From Candidatus Marinacidobacterales bacterium (GTDB lineage Bacteria; Acidobacteriota; Vicinamibacteria; Marinacidobacterales; SMYC01): a stretch of DNA of 64,000 nt. Below, piece by piece: positions 8,547 to 19,317 of the stretch; within the stretch, counting starts at the first letter, position 1, and every line of letters starts with the position of its first letter. The notes below the pieces were generated by a model that was given only the letters and a program-made list of their open reading frames with translations, did no database searches and was not told where the DNA came from. The DNA is taken from contig CBDCYI010000011.1 in assembly GCA_965224085.1 (NCBI GenBank), forward strand, positions 1,184,001 through 1,248,000. The letters run 5' to 3'. The position numbers were made by a program, and so were the translations under genes.

Positions 8547-10313
8547 TCAGCCCGCGGGAATCTGGAGAATCCGGATCGTGGGGCCCATGATCCGGCCCGG
8601 CTCCGGGGCGAACTCCCTCACGAGCGGGCAGATGTTGAAGAGCTTCTCGTAGCTCCGCGCCCGTTGGCTGTCGGTCCCGAACCGGTCGTACACCGTCGAG
8701 GACACGATCAAATATTGCACTCCGGCATCGCGGTAGTCTCGGACTGCCGTGCGCGCGAGGATCGATTCTTGGGTGATGCGAAATCGCTCGGGATCCAGAA
8801 CCGGCGTATGCCGCTCGACACCAAAGTGCGTGTCTTTAGGGAAGCGTCCTTCGATCCACACGGCCGCGAGTGAGCCCGTATCCACGAGCGTGGCGACCCG
8901 ATTGTGACGGAGTGTCATGTCGATCGGAAAGAGTAGGACGAGCGCGGTCATCAGGGCGACGAGCGTCGCGGACTGAATCGCCGGAAGGCGCCCCGGTCGG
9001 TCGACCCGGGCCTCGAGTCGCCGGCCGATGTCGGCGATCGTGAGACCGGCCAGGATGGCAAGGAAGGGATAGACCGGCATGAGGTTCCCCTCGAAGTAGA
9101 TCTTCTGCGAGCTGTAGAAGCTGTAATAAAGGATGGGGAACGCCAGGAACACGGTGAGCCTCCGATCGATGCGGTAGAGCGCGATGGCGAGACCGAGGAG
9201 GCCGAAGAGAAGCGGAAACAGGCCCGCGCCATAGCGCACGGTGTAGCTCGCGTGTGTGTACCAGTTGTCGACGCCCGACACGCCGGCGCGGCCGCTGAAG
9301 CCGTAGTTGTATATCCCGTAGCCCACGTCGTCGACGAAACGGGCGAGGTCGGCGAAGAAGTAAGGGCAGCCGACGGTGAAGCCGGCGACGGAGCCGGCAG
9401 CGCCGAGGTAGAGATCGGGCCCGGAAAGAAACGCCAGGCCCCGGCGGAAGAGGACGGCGGCTACGAACGGGATGAGAAGAAGCGCCGCGTTGTACTTCAC
9501 CGCCACGGTGAAGCCGACGGCGGCGCCCGCCGCGAAGGCGAGCGAGCGGCCCCCGCGATCGAGGTAGATCACGGTGACGAGAACGCTCACGGTGGAGAAG
9601 AGAACGAGCAGGGAATCGGGCTTGTTGTATTGAGAAACCTCGACGACGCCCGGGGCCACCGCCAGAATGGCGGCCGCCAACAGGCCGATACGGGTGCTGA
9701 AGACCCACCGGCCCAGCAGAAAGACGACGAGGACCACGAGGGTTCCGGGAATCACGCCCGCGCTGAAACGTCCCCAGAACAACATGTCTTCGACCTGCAG
9801 CTCGTGGATGCTCTCCCAGCGACCCCTTCCTGCAAGCAGGAAGTAGACGACGAGAAACGTCGCCACGTTCACATAGGGCTGGACGCTCGGGTGGTGCCAA
9901 TAGCGCGGGTTCATGTCGCCGCGCTTGATCATCTGCAAGTACGAATGGACGTACTCGTACTCGTCGGGAATGTAACTTTGGGGAAGCCCGCTCTTGACTC
10001 CGTCGTAACGAAGCGCGAAGGCGACGGCGAGAATGGCGGCAAGTAGGAGTGGGGTTTGGAAGCGGCGGAGGAGCGCCACGAGCGCTTGCCGATCACGCGG
10101 CAGGCCGTAGTGGGTCGCCAGAAACCAGGCTGCCGTGACGGTGAAGAGCGCGACGGCCAGCATCTTCCGCGAGACCGCCGGCTCCGCGAACTGGAGGTAG
10201 TAGGCGTTCGTGAGCAGCGTGGCCGACGAGACGACGAGGAGCGCGAAGCCAACGAGGCCACGGCTCCGCTTACTGGGGTGCCAGAATCCGCCGCCCCCGA
10301 GGCTCTCTGTCAT
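8547..10313 (-). CDS. GT-C fold glycosyltransferase (GT39/ArnT-like), multi-pass membrane protein
   Basis: Many TM helices, a PDE motif in the first loop and VKYN. The ATG at 10313 overlaps the sdhB stop codon (ATGA). Confidence 0.82.
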   Translation of the reverse strand: MTESLGGGGFWHPSKRSRGLVGFALLVVSSATLLTNAYYLQFAEPAVSRKMLAVALFTVTAAWFLATHYGLPRDRQALVALLRRFQTPLLLAAILAVAFALRYDGVKSGLPQSYIPDEYEYVHSYLQMIKRGDMNPRYWHHPSVQPYVNVATFLVVYFLLAGRGRWESIHELQVEDMLFWGRFSAGVIPGTLVVLVVFLLGRWVFSTRIGLLAAAILAVAPGVVEVSQYNKPDSLLVLFSTVSVLVTVIYLDRGGRSLAFAAGAAVGFTVAVKYNAALLLIPFVAAVLFRRGLAFLSGPDLYLGAAGSVAGFTVGCPYFFADLARFVDDVGYGIYNYGFSGRAGVSGVDNWYTHASYTVRYGAGLFPLLFGLLGLAIALYRIDRRLTVFLAFPILYYSFYSSQKIYFEGNLMPVYPFLAILAGLTIADIGRRLEARVDRPGRLPAIQSATLVALMTALVLLFPIDMTLRHNRVATLVDTGSLAAVWIEGRFPKDTHFGVERHTPVLDPERFRITQESILARTAVRDYRDAGVQYLIVSSTVYDRFGTDSQRARSYEKLFNICPLVREFAPEPGRIMGPTIRILQIPAG

Positions 10314-11083
10314 CGCGTCGACCGGCGGTTTGTGTGCGTCACGCCTTTCAATTTGGCTCTTAAATAATCGCGATTCATCTTCGCGATCCAGTCGACGCTG
10401 ATCGCTTTCGTGCAGACCGCTTCGCACTCGCGATAGTTGGAACAGCTCCCAAAGAGCTCGGACTCCATCTGCTCGACCATACTGACCGCACGCGTGTCAC
10501 GCTCCGGCTGTCCTTGGGGGAGAAGACTGAGATGGCCGACTTTCGCGGCGGTGAAGAGCTGCCCGGCGCCATTGGGACATTGTGCGACGCAGGCGCCACA
10601 GCCGATGCAAGTGGCGGCGTCGAAAGCGTCGTCGGCGACGTCTTTCGGGATCGGCATCAAATTGGCTTCGGGGGCGCTCCCAGTGTTGACGGAGATGAAG
10701 CCTCCCGCTTGGATGATGCGGTCGAAGGCGGACCGGTCGACCATCAAGTCCTGCACGATCGAAAAGCGGTCGCGCGCCACGGCTCGATGACGATTGTGTC
10801 GCCGTCTACGAACTCGCGCATGTGGAGCTGACACGTCGTCGTGCGCGCTCTCGGCCCGTGCGCTTGACCGTCCACCATCATGCTGCACGCGCCGCAAATG
10901 CCTTCGCGGCAGTCATGGTCGAAACCGACCGGACGCTGGCCTTGTTCTTCGAGGCGCTCGTTTAACATGTCCAGCATTTCCAGGAAGGAATAGTCTGGGC
11001 TGATGTCGTCGACTTCGTAGGTCTGAAGCGCGCCCGGAGCGTTTCTTCGTCTCCTGGCGCCAGACTTTCAGGGTCAACCTCAC
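10310..11083 (-). pseudogene. sdhB: Succinate dehydrogenase/fumarate reductase Fe-S subunit with two frameshifts (about 11040 and about 10765)
   Basis: [10 protein letters not shown] start, then [14 protein letters not shown], then CIGCGACVAQCPN and FGSCSN..EC..VC; the protein is split across three reading-frame segments. Confidence 0.88.
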
Positions 11084-12993
11084 TATTTATAGCTCCTTTG
11101 GGTGAGCTGCACGGCTTCGAACTCGAGGGGCTCGTTGTGAAGCGTGGGGGACGAGAAGTCTCCCGTGTGCTCCCAAGCGGAGACGTGGATGAAGTTCTCG
11201 TCGTCGCGCAAAGCTTCGCCTTCGCTCGTTTGGGATTCTTCCCGGAAGTGGCCGCCGCAGGACTCTTTGCGATCGAGCGCGTCGATGCACATGAGCTCCG
11301 CGAGCTCGAAGAAATCGGCCACGCGGCCCGCGCGCTCGAGCGACAAGTTCAACCCTTCGCCGTTTCTCGTGAGATTCAAATTGGCGTGAAACTCTTCGCG
11401 CAGCGCTGGAATCTTCTGGAGCGCGCTCTCGAGCGCTGCCTCACTCCGTGACATCCCGCACTCTTCGCGCACGATTTGGCCGAGCTCGCGATGGAACGAG
11501 TCCACCGTACGCTTGCCGTTCGCTTTCATGAATTTTGCGAGGCGTTCGGACACTTCTTTCTCGGTTTGCTGAAACGCCGCCCCACTCGAGCTCGCGGTCT
11601 CACCGAGATGCGGAGCGAGGTAGCTTGCGAGCGTATAAGGCACGATGAAGTAGCCGTCGGCTAGTCCTTGCATGAGCGCGCTCGCGCCGAGACGGTTCAC
11701 ACCGTGATCGGAGAAATTGGCTTCACCAATGACGAAGAGACCATCGACGTTGCTCATCAAGTTGTAGTCGACCCAGAACCCGCCCATCGTGTAGTGAGGG
11801 GCGGGGTAGATGCGCATCGGAACTTCGTAGGGATTTTCACCCGTGATGCGCTCGTACATCTCGAAACGGTTTCCGTATTTCGCTTCGATGGCGTCGCGGC
11901 CTAGGCGTCTAATTGCGTCGGCGAAGTCGAGGTAGACGCCGTTTTTCAACGGGCCCACGCCCCGGCCGTCGTCGACGACGCCTTTGGCGTTGCGCGAGGC
12001 GACGTCGCGAGGGACGAGGTTCCCAAAGCTCGGATAGCGACGCTCGAGATAGTAGTCCCGCTCGCCGTCCGGAATGTCGCGCGCCCGGCGGCTGTCCGCC
12101 GCGTTTTTCGCGACCCAGATGCGGCCATCGTTTCTGAGCGATTCGCTCATCAGTGTGAGCTTCGACTGGTACTCGCCTGATTGCGGGATGCACGTCGGGT
12201 GGATTTGGGTGAAGCAAGGGTTGGCAAAGAGCGCGCCGCGGCGGTGCGCCCGCCACGCCGCCGTGACGTTGCACGCTTTCGCGTTCGTCGAAAGAAAGTA
12301 GACGTTGCTGTAGCCGCCGGTGGCGAGCACGACAGCGTGTCCAGCGTGCGAGGCGATCTCACCGCTCACGAGGTCGCGGGTCACGATGCCCTGCGCCCGG
12401 CCGTCTTCGACGACGACGTCGAGCATCTCGGTGCGCGAGAACATCTGGACCGTTCCGGCGTCGATTTGGCGCGCCAGAGCTTGATAAGCGCCGAGCAAGA
12501 GCTGTTGTCCCGTTTGTCCGCGCGCGTAGAACGTCCGCGCCACCTGGGCGCCGCCAAACGAGCGGTTGTCCAAAAGCCCGCCATATTCACGCGCGAAGGG
12601 GACCCCTTGCGCGACCGCCTGGTCGATGATCTCGACACTGACTTCGGCGAGACGGTAGACGTTGGACTCACGGGAGCGGAAGTCGCCGCCTTTGATCGTG
12701 TCGTAGAAGAGGCGGAACGTGCTGTCGCCGTCGTTGCGATAGTTTTTCGCGGCGTTGATGCCGCCTTGGGCCGCGATCGAATGCGCGCGTCTCGGGCTGT
12801 CCTGGAAGCAGAAGCACTTCACGTTGTAGCCCGCTTCCCCTAGGGTGGCCGCGGCGGCAGCGCCCGCGAGGCCCGAGCCGACGACCACGATTTCGAACTT
12901 CCTCCGGTTGTTGGGCGCGACCAGCTTCAAATGGTCGCGGTAGCTGCTCCATTGCGACTCGAGCGGTCCCGACGGTGCCTTAGCGTCCAACAT
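11083..12993 (-). CDS. sdhA: Succinate dehydrogenase/fumarate reductase flavoprotein subunit
   Basis: [24 protein letters not shown] (FAD-His), QIHPT, HYTMGG and NRLGASAL motifs. Confidence 0.96.
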   Translation of the reverse strand: MLDAKAPSGPLESQWSSYRDHLKLVAPNNRRKFEIVVVGSGLAGAAAAATLGEAGYNVKCFCFQDSPRRAHSIAAQGGINAAKNYRNDGDSTFRLFYDTIKGGDFRSRESNVYRLAEVSVEIIDQAVAQGVPFAREYGGLLDNRSFGGAQVARTFYARGQTGQQLLLGAYQALARQIDAGTVQMFSRTEMLDVVVEDGRAQGIVTRDLVSGEIASHAGHAVVLATGGYSNVYFLSTNAKACNVTAAWRAHRRGALFANPCFTQIHPTCIPQSGEYQSKLTLMSESLRNDGRIWVAKNAADSRRARDIPDGERDYYLERRYPSFGNLVPRDVASRNAKGVVDDGRGVGPLKNGVYLDFADAIRRLGRDAIEAKYGNRFEMYERITGENPYEVPMRIYPAPHYTMGGFWVDYNLMSNVDGLFVIGEANFSDHGVNRLGASALMQGLADGYFIVPYTLASYLAPHLGETASSSGAAFQQTEKEVSERLAKFMKANGKRTVDSFHRELGQIVREECGMSRSEAALESALQKIPALREEFHANLNLTRNGEGLNLSLERAGRVADFFELAELMCIDALDRKESCGGHFREESQTSEGEALRDDENFIHVSAWEHTGDFSSPTLHNEPLEFEAVQLTQRSYK

Positions 12994-13005
12994 AACATCA
13001 ACAAG

Positions 13006-13659
13006 TCACGAAACGATGCCCGTCAGCACGGCGAGGGGTACGCTTACGAACCCGAGGCTCACCACGACCGCGAAAGCGACGGCGAAGTAGCGCCGCCAGG
13101 CGTTGTAGCTCGGATGGTTGAGGCCGAGCGATTGAAACATGCTCCACAGGCCGTGATAGAGATGCATCCCGAGCAGCAGGTTTGCCGCGACATAGATGAG
13201 CGCTATCGGCGCGACCTGAAAACCGTTGACCAAGTTGGCGTAGGGACTGCCGATCACGAAGTTGTGATGGACGTTCCCCCAAGTCAAGTGCATGAGGTGA
13301 TAGACGATGTACAAAGCAATGAGATAACCGCTCCAGCGCATCGTTCTGGCCGCGTAGTCGAGCTGCATGTTCTGGCGGGTCTCGTAGTCTTTGTCACGCG
13401 CGCGCCGGTTGATGAGCGTGAGAGACGTCGCCGACCACACGTGGAGAACGAGCGCTAGGGTCAGGGCGCCGCGGACGAGCCAAAGAATTCCTGACTCGTG
13501 GAAAAGAGGCATTCCCATTTCGCGCAAGAATTCCGCATAGGCGTTGAATTTTTCGGCGCCTTGGAAGACTTTCAGGTTTCCGGTCATGTGGCCGAGGATC
13601 CATCCGAAGAGGATGAAGCCGGTCACCGCCATGATGGATTTCTTCGCGATCGAAGACAT
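13006..13659 (-). CDS. sdhC: Succinate dehydrogenase cytochrome b subunit (b558 type)
   Basis: KK.IMAVTG, HM.GNL, HL and HLYHG.WSMFQSLG heme-ligand helices; directly upstream of sdhA. Confidence 0.93.
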   Translation of the reverse strand: MSSIAKKSIMAVTGFILFGWILGHMTGNLKVFQGAEKFNAYAEFLREMGMPLFHESGILWLVRGALTLALVLHVWSATSLTLINRRARDKDYETRQNMQLDYAARTMRWSGYLIALYIVYHLMHLTWGNVHHNFVIGSPYANLVNGFQVAPIALIYVAANLLLGMHLYHGLWSMFQSLGLNHPSYNAWRRYFAVAFAVVVSLGFVSVPLAVLTGIVS

Positions 13660-13739
13660 TCTCTACTAAAGCTTACTTATCTTTGATCTGATCGCGCAAT
13701 CCCAGGTTGCTGATCAATCGATGAACATAGTTAGTGTCT

Positions 13740-14273
13740 CTTCCGGGGATGGTCGAAACCCCTCGCCTTTAGGCGAAGAGAAGATCGTGGTATTGTGGCC
13801 GCGTGCGTCACTACAGGCACGGAGCGCACACGAAAACGGACCTAAAAGCGCACATCGTTTGGATACCGAAATATCGTAAAAAGGTTTTGATCGGTCCAGT
13901 AGCGGTTCGTGTGCGCGATCTGATTCGTCAGATCGCGATGGAACATGAGCTGCACATAATCTCGGGTAAGGTTGCACGCGACCACGTCCACGTGTTCGTA
14001 TCCTACCGACCACACCAGGACCTGAGTACGATCGTGCAGTGGCTAAAAGGAATAAGCTCCCGAGTACTCCTTCAGGAGTTTGCTCACCTGAGGAAGAAGT
14101 TTTGGGGCCGGCACTTCTGGGCCCGAGGATATCTGGCGGTGAGTTCAGGAAGCATAACGGACGAGATGGTAAAGGAGTACATAGACTCCCAGGATGGCGA
14201 GCCTCTTCACGACGACAGTCAATTTCCAATTGACAGCCCTTGAAGCAACCGCCTTCTAGGCGGTGGTTGTTCA
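13740..14273 (+). mobile_element. IS200/IS605-family element (tnpA only); left end approximate
   Basis: Subterminal hairpins TCGCCTTTAGGCGA (about 13763-13776) and ACCGCCTTCTAGGCGGT (about 14248-14264); right end ...GTTCA. Confidence 0.8.
13803..14243 (+). CDS. tnpA: IS200 family Y1 (HUH) transposase
   Basis: HIVWIPKYRK, DHVH (HUH), LKG.SS, FWARGY and the catalytic Y in EYIDSQ. Confidence 0.95.
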   Translation: MRHYRHGAHTKTDLKAHIVWIPKYRKKVLIGPVAVRVRDLIRQIAMEHELHIISGKVARDHVHVFVSYRPHQDLSTIVQWLKGISSRVLLQEFAHLRKKFWGRHFWARGYLAVSSGSITDEMVKEYIDSQDGEPLHDDSQFPIDSP

Positions 14274-14274
14274 C

Positions 14275-15233
14275 TTCCTGTCCAGAAACACCATAACTTG
14301 TGGTGTACGAGAGGCCTATCGAAGATGTGGGTATTATACGTTTTCAGTCGGCACCTCGTAGGCTCGGAAGCGAATGAAAATCTTGGACGAAACGAGAGGC
14401 GAATCGTCAGCAATCCATGGCTATAAACGCAGTAAGAGTAATCATTATTATCGTAATAGGTGCCTTGCCATTACCAACAGGTTGCAGGTGATGATGGAAC
14501 TCCATACGTAGGATTTGAAAGAAGGCAATGAGCGCCATGTGCATCGGTCGAGACCAAAGACTCGTTTCAAGAACGAAATGACGCCTTCGATTCCGCAGCG
14601 AAATCGCCGTAGGCGTTGATAGACCCAGGAACTCTTGACCATATCGGTCACCGCGAAGTGAGCCTTGGTAAAGGCAACATCTTCAACTCCCTTGCCTTTG
14701 ATGGCTTCCAAGTTTGCCTTTGAAGAAAACGCGCCATCGTAGGCAACCTGGCGCGGGGCCCGTTCGTAGAGTTCGACTTGACGGTCGATCATGGTTTCCG
14801 CGAGAGTTGAATCGGACGGATTCCCATCCAAGATCACGCAATCCAAAATCATCGAGGACGAGCCACCAGTCAAACACACCTTGTGACCGTAGAGAGTCTC
14901 GCGCCGGTCTTTGCGAATAATGTCGGTGTGTTCTTCGAAGATCGAAACGACCTTTTCCTCCGCAGGCACACGCTCTTCATCAATCACTCTACGCCGAGTT
15001 TGGTTGATGACTTTTTCGGTGAGGACGAGAAAGTGCTTAAAATCCGCGGCGATCTTCTCCGCACTCGCTCGCTTCACCGGCTCGGTCAAGCCGGACTCGT
15101 CCAACTGGTCTGCAACGCGTTGAGCGGAGCGATAGGTTTCTTCCGACACCTTCAGTAGATCTCGATAGACGCGACGCCTTTGTTCCTTATCCTTCGCGTT
15201 TAGAACTCCCAGTCGACGTCTCTTCGCTCGACG
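14275..15233 (-). mobile_element. 5'-truncated inverted copy of the IS at 5517-7206 (equivalent to 6244-7202)
   Basis: Reverse complement of 6244-7202 with identical translation (one SNP noticed in the 3' non-coding part). It lacks the terminal CTAG and the 5' half. Confidence 0.93.
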
Positions 15234-15593
15234 GCGTTTCGAGGAAGCCAGGGGCGGCGTCATCGTCGAGCTCGAATCCGTCAGCCTGAGCCGCGGCGTG
15301 CCAGCTGCACTGAGATGGCTCGTCGGCCGCTATCTCGACTCCGTGCCCCGTGAGTCCATCGCGGCAACGCTCGAGCCGATCCAGCGTGAAGCGCCTCGCA
15401 CGTTTGTGACCTATCGACCAAAGGCCAAGCTGACCGAGATCGACAACCCAAAGGGGCCCACCAGGGCTCCTTTGGGTTGTCTAAGGCTTCCGCGAAGCGG
15501 CGCGGCTGGCCCAGAAATTTTCCCCGCCGCTGAGCCTGGAAGTCTAGACGCAACTCACGCCGCGCTTCGTACCCCGGCTCAACTATCGGTCCT

Positions 15594-16016
15594 TCAAGTC
15601 GCATCTCGACTTTGAACAGCGATTCTATTCACGGCGCGCTTTACGACCTCTCTTCTGTAACGGGAAGTATCCTGAGGCTGTGCACCCGCATCCACGTCGT
15701 ATCTTGCCGTTATGGTAAAATTTCCTTCTGCCGGCTGTGATTGCATAAAGATCTTGACACGCGTGGGGTACGGGTTTTCTTTATCTCCAGCCCATTCCCA
15801 GGTTATCGTCCCAACGAGGTCTGGCGCGTCCGATTGGTTGACGCTTGCTCCGGCTGCAGCGAGCGCTTCTTCCAGATCCGCTGTGATTTCTTCAGCATAT
15901 TCACCTTCGAGCTGAATTTCACCGATGGCAACTCCTTCAAGTCGTGTTGATGACCCGCAGCTCATGCCCATCCCTGCAATAAGGAGAACAACAAGAAACA
16001 GAAGCACTCGTTTCAT
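15594..16016 (-). CDS. Hypothetical lipoprotein
   Basis: Signal peptide MKRVLLFLVVLLIAGMGMSC with a lipobox-like Cys; AAGGAAGG RBS. Confidence 0.7.
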   Translation of the reverse strand: MKRVLLFLVVLLIAGMGMSCGSSTRLEGVAIGEIQLEGEYAEEITADLEEALAAAGASVNQSDAPDLVGTITWEWAGDKENPYPTRVKIFMQSQPAEGNFTITARYDVDAGAQPQDTSRYRREVVKRAVNRIAVQSRDAT

Positions 16017-16346
16017 GATTCCTTCCTTTCTCTTAATCCACCGTCTCTATGGCTGCCTAACACCAAGGCCGGGTCGAAGTGAAGCAGGAATACCAACGCC
16101 GCCCTTGATTGGTGGCGCCAGGATCGGTGGCGGCGTCATCATACACCTCCCGACGCGCCGATGTGACCCCTCCGTTCGACCATCGCCGAAGATGTCGTCC
16201 TCGCCGCTGTGGATCTGTCCTTCGGCGTCGTGTCATCGTTTGTCGATTCCTCCAGTGTGCGACGCACATGACAACGGAGTCTCGGCGCTCCTATAACTTT
16301 GGTAGCGGCCGATGAGATACTTCAACAGAAGCGAGGAGCGTAGCCC

Positions 16347-16805
16347 ATGACCGAAGCGAAGGCGTTTCAGCGACCGAGTCGAATAGAGGCCCTCTTCAAT
16401 CGTTTGATGGGCAGGCTTGTCGCAATCGGGCTGGGCCCCGGATACATGCGTGTTCTCGATGTCCGAGGGCGAAAGTCGGGGCGCGTGCTCTCGACCCCCG
16501 TCAACCTACTCGAGCTGGACGGCGCGCAGTATCTTGTGGCGCCCCGAGGAAACACAAATTGGGTTCGAAATGCCCGGGCTGCAGGTCGGGTGAAGTTGCG
16601 TCGCGGCAGCAGTAGCTTCAACTATCGGGTCGAGGAGATTCCCCCGGAGGAAAGGCCGGATGTTCTGAAGGCGTATCTGAGCGCATACGCTCGGGAAGTA
16701 CGCCGCTATTTCTCAGTGCAGGATGGAGCGGACCGTGAGGCCTTCTTGGCCGCCTCCGCCAAGAACCCCTTGTTTAGGCTGCATGTCACCGACGAAACTG
16801 TCTAG
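16347..16805 (+). CDS. Deazaflavin (F420)-dependent nitroreductase family protein
   Basis: GRKSG...STP, YLVA.RG.T.WVRN.RA.G motifs; GAGGAG RBS. Confidence 0.85.
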   Translation: MTEAKAFQRPSRIEALFNRLMGRLVAIGLGPGYMRVLDVRGRKSGRVLSTPVNLLELDGAQYLVAPRGNTNWVRNARAAGRVKLRRGSSSFNYRVEEIPPEERPDVLKAYLSAYAREVRRYFSVQDGADREAFLAASAKNPLFRLHVTDETV

Positions 16806-16859
16806 CGGCCAGAAGGATGTGGGAGCTCGGCCGCTGCTTCCGCGCCCTGGCTCTTGGGT

Positions 16860-17267
16860 TCATTCTCGCTTCGCGGGTAGGACGTCTCGGCCGGACTCCT
16901 TCCAGGCCTCGATCCCGCCCTCGAGGATTCAGGCATTGAATCCGAGCTCTCGGAGACGCGCCGCGGCGCGCCGGCTGATGAGGTGTCCATGCGCGCAGTA
17001 GACGATGATCTCACGATCTTTCGGAAGCTCGTGACCCCATTCGCCGACGAGCTTTGGATCTTGCCATTTCGCCGAGGCGATCAATTGGGGCGCCTCATCA
17101 AAATCTGAGGCCAGGCGAACGTCGAGCAGGAGGGGCTGCTGCTCTTCTTCGAGCATTTTGTGAAGCTCATCGAGCGTGACCGCGTAATCAGCCGCGTTCT
17201 CGCGGCAACCTTGGGCGGACCCGAGAAGCCCCAGGACAGGCACGAAAATCGCTACACGGACATTCAT
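16860..17267 (-). pseudogene. Exported rhodanese-domain protein with an in-frame TGA at 16929-16931
   Basis: LLDVR, IVYCAHG..S..AA..L...GFNA*ILEGGIEAW; the family motif continues in frame past the stop. Confidence 0.8.
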
Positions 17268-17519
17268 AGACTTACCTCTCGCGCCAATTTAGACGGGAAC
17301 GAGGGTAGGATCAAGACCTCGTCGAGTCGGACACGTGCTCTGTCCTTCTCGACTGCAAACGCATCGTCCTCACGCACATGAGCGCCGACATGCTCGCGCA
17401 CCTTCCCGATCTCGCACTCGAGGCGGCGCACGGCGAAATCGTTCTTTGACAGGGTCGAGTTTCGACGTGACCTGACCAACGCTTCTATTCTGTAAGGTCT
17501 GTCAGGGCGGGCAAACCCG

Positions 17520-17969
17520 CTACTTCACGAAGTCATCGAACTGCTCGGCGAGCCAGTCGAAAGCGCCTGGGATCAGATCCCACGGGCCTATTAGCTCGTG
17601 AGAGCAATGGAGCGCGTCTTGAACCTCTTCCCCATCTGTTGGAAGCTCCAAATTGAGAAGGGCGGCTGCGGCGATGGGATTCTCTTCTAACGCGCGCCCG
17701 AGCGCCTTCCGCGATCGCTTTCCATCTCCGTGACGCCCAAAAGCGGCGAGTGCGTCGGCGTATTGCCACAGCGACTCCTCACTAGACTCGTAGACTTCGA
17801 TGTGATGTTCGGCGTCCTGGAACCGGCGCGCTTCCAGTAGCGCTGTGAGGAGGCAATAGCGAACGGACTGGCGGTCGCCTTCATCGTGCTCGAGAACTTG
17901 CTCGAAACAGGCCATCGCTTTGTCTGCCTCGTCTACATTCTCGAGCGCATGCCCGAGGCCGTGAAGTGC
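17520..17969 (-). pseudogene. TPR-containing protein, C-terminal fragment cut by the adjacent IS
   Basis: Helical TPR-like pattern (LGHAL...A..CFEQVL...D.QSVRY.L). The 5' end abuts the IS TIR. Confidence 0.6.
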
Positions 17970-19056
17970 TGCCTTGGTGCACAACTCCGATAGAGGCCGA
18001 GAGCTCGCTTGGCCCCGACTCCCATCATCCGATCATCTCGCTATCAGGCATCCCGAGCGCCGTCATGGTGTTGAGAATCTTGCACCCGATCCTTGCCTCG
18101 ACTCTCTGTGCCGCCAACCCTCTCGCTCGCATCGCTGAGCCCACGATAGCCTTGTAGCGATGGAACGTTGTCTCGACTTTGCTCCGTTTGCTGTAGCCCG
18201 ATTCTGTGTGCCACTTTCGTTTGCCGAGCCGAGCTTGTGCTGCAATGTTGCGATTGCGCTGTCGGCTGCTCGCCGGCCCCGATGCGAGCTGGGCGCCCTT
18301 GCGCGGCGGTATCAGCACCCTCGGCGAGCGATGAGCGCTGTGATTCTCGATTGCCTCATAGACGCCGCTGGCGTCGTATGCGGTGTCAGCTCTGGCCGAT
18401 GAGATGGGACTGTCGCTCTGTCCGACAAGCGATGCAACCCGCGATGAATCGCGGGCTCTTTTGCTCGTCAGCTCGCAGGCGACGACTTCGCCAGTCTGCT
18501 CGTCGACACACAGATGGAGCTTGCGATAGTCTCTGCTATTTGGTGCTCTGCGCAGCTGGCCGGCGTGGACAGCGAGACCGCTGCTGTCGATCAAGATGTG
18601 CAACGGCGTCTTCTGCTTGTCTTGGTAGAAGGGGACCTTACCCAGCTTCGCCTTGCGCCTCGAGATCGTGGTGTGATCGGGCACATCATTGTCTAGCTTC
18701 ATCAGAGCGAACAACGATCGCAGCAATCCCTCGCTCTGCCTAGATGACAGATGAAACACCATGCCCAGGGTGACAGCCGTCTCGATGGCGTGGTTCGACT
18801 ACTTGCGTTGACGGCCCGGTTTCCTCCTCCTCGGCCGGGGCGCGTCCCAGTTCACAAGCTTGCCGGCGGTGAGCGAGATCCAGACGGTCAGGCTCCCACG
18901 GTTGCGTAGACCCGCCTCATATTCACGCCAATTCCTCACGCGATAGGCCTTCTTCACATACTTCCGCTGAGTGCGTTTGAAAATGCTCATGGGGAACCTC
19001 GAATCCGTGAGTAAAGGACAATTGTGGACCGAGATCGCGAGTTGTGCACCAAGGCA
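17970..19056 (-). mobile_element. IS5-family (IS903-like) element with 18-bp perfect TIRs and no TSD
   Basis: TGCCTTGGTGCACAACTC (17970-17987) and GAGTTGTGCACCAAGGCA (19039-19056). The two flanks are fragments of unrelated genes. Confidence 0.9.
18025..18990 (-). pseudogene. IS5/IS903-group transposase with an in-frame TAG at 18799-18801
   Basis: YRVRNWREYEAGLRNRGSLTVW...GRQRK*SNHAIET...PDHTTISRR, IDSSGL, ADTAYD and RSKVET..HRYK. Confidence 0.9.
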
Positions 19057-19317
19057 CAGCGAAGGCGATATTTTAGAGCCCAATCAGGTCGTCAGGGCAC
19101 GGGAACGATTGGGCGACCGAGGGCGAGATATCCGCATGTTGCCCGGCGGCCATCTGACGATCCCAGAACAACCGCAGCCACTCTCTCGAATCATCGAAGA
19201 GGTTGCCCCCTCTAACAGCGAGGAGTCAAACAAGACCACGGGCTGCAAGGTTCTCGCTTTTTCACTCGAGCCTGGGCTGACAAGACGCGTCGTATGGACC
19301 CGCCAGTGCAAGATCCG

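Noticed and set aside
16057-16269. Small ORF as a RiPP precursor
   Set aside because: An RBS-like GGAGG is present, but there are no modifying enzymes or transporter nearby and no recognisable leader.
16929-16931. In-frame TGA in the rhodanese gene as selenocysteine
   Set aside because: The position is not the catalytic Cys (which is present in YCAHG). It most simply derives from CGA (Arg), and no SECIS-like hairpin was evident.
18799-18801. In-frame TAG in the IS5 transposase as pyrrolysine or programmed readthrough
   Set aside because: It corresponds to the Tyr expected in the GRQ..YS motif, one substitution from TAC or TAT. There are no pyl genes in the window, and nonsense mutation fits the surrounding decay.
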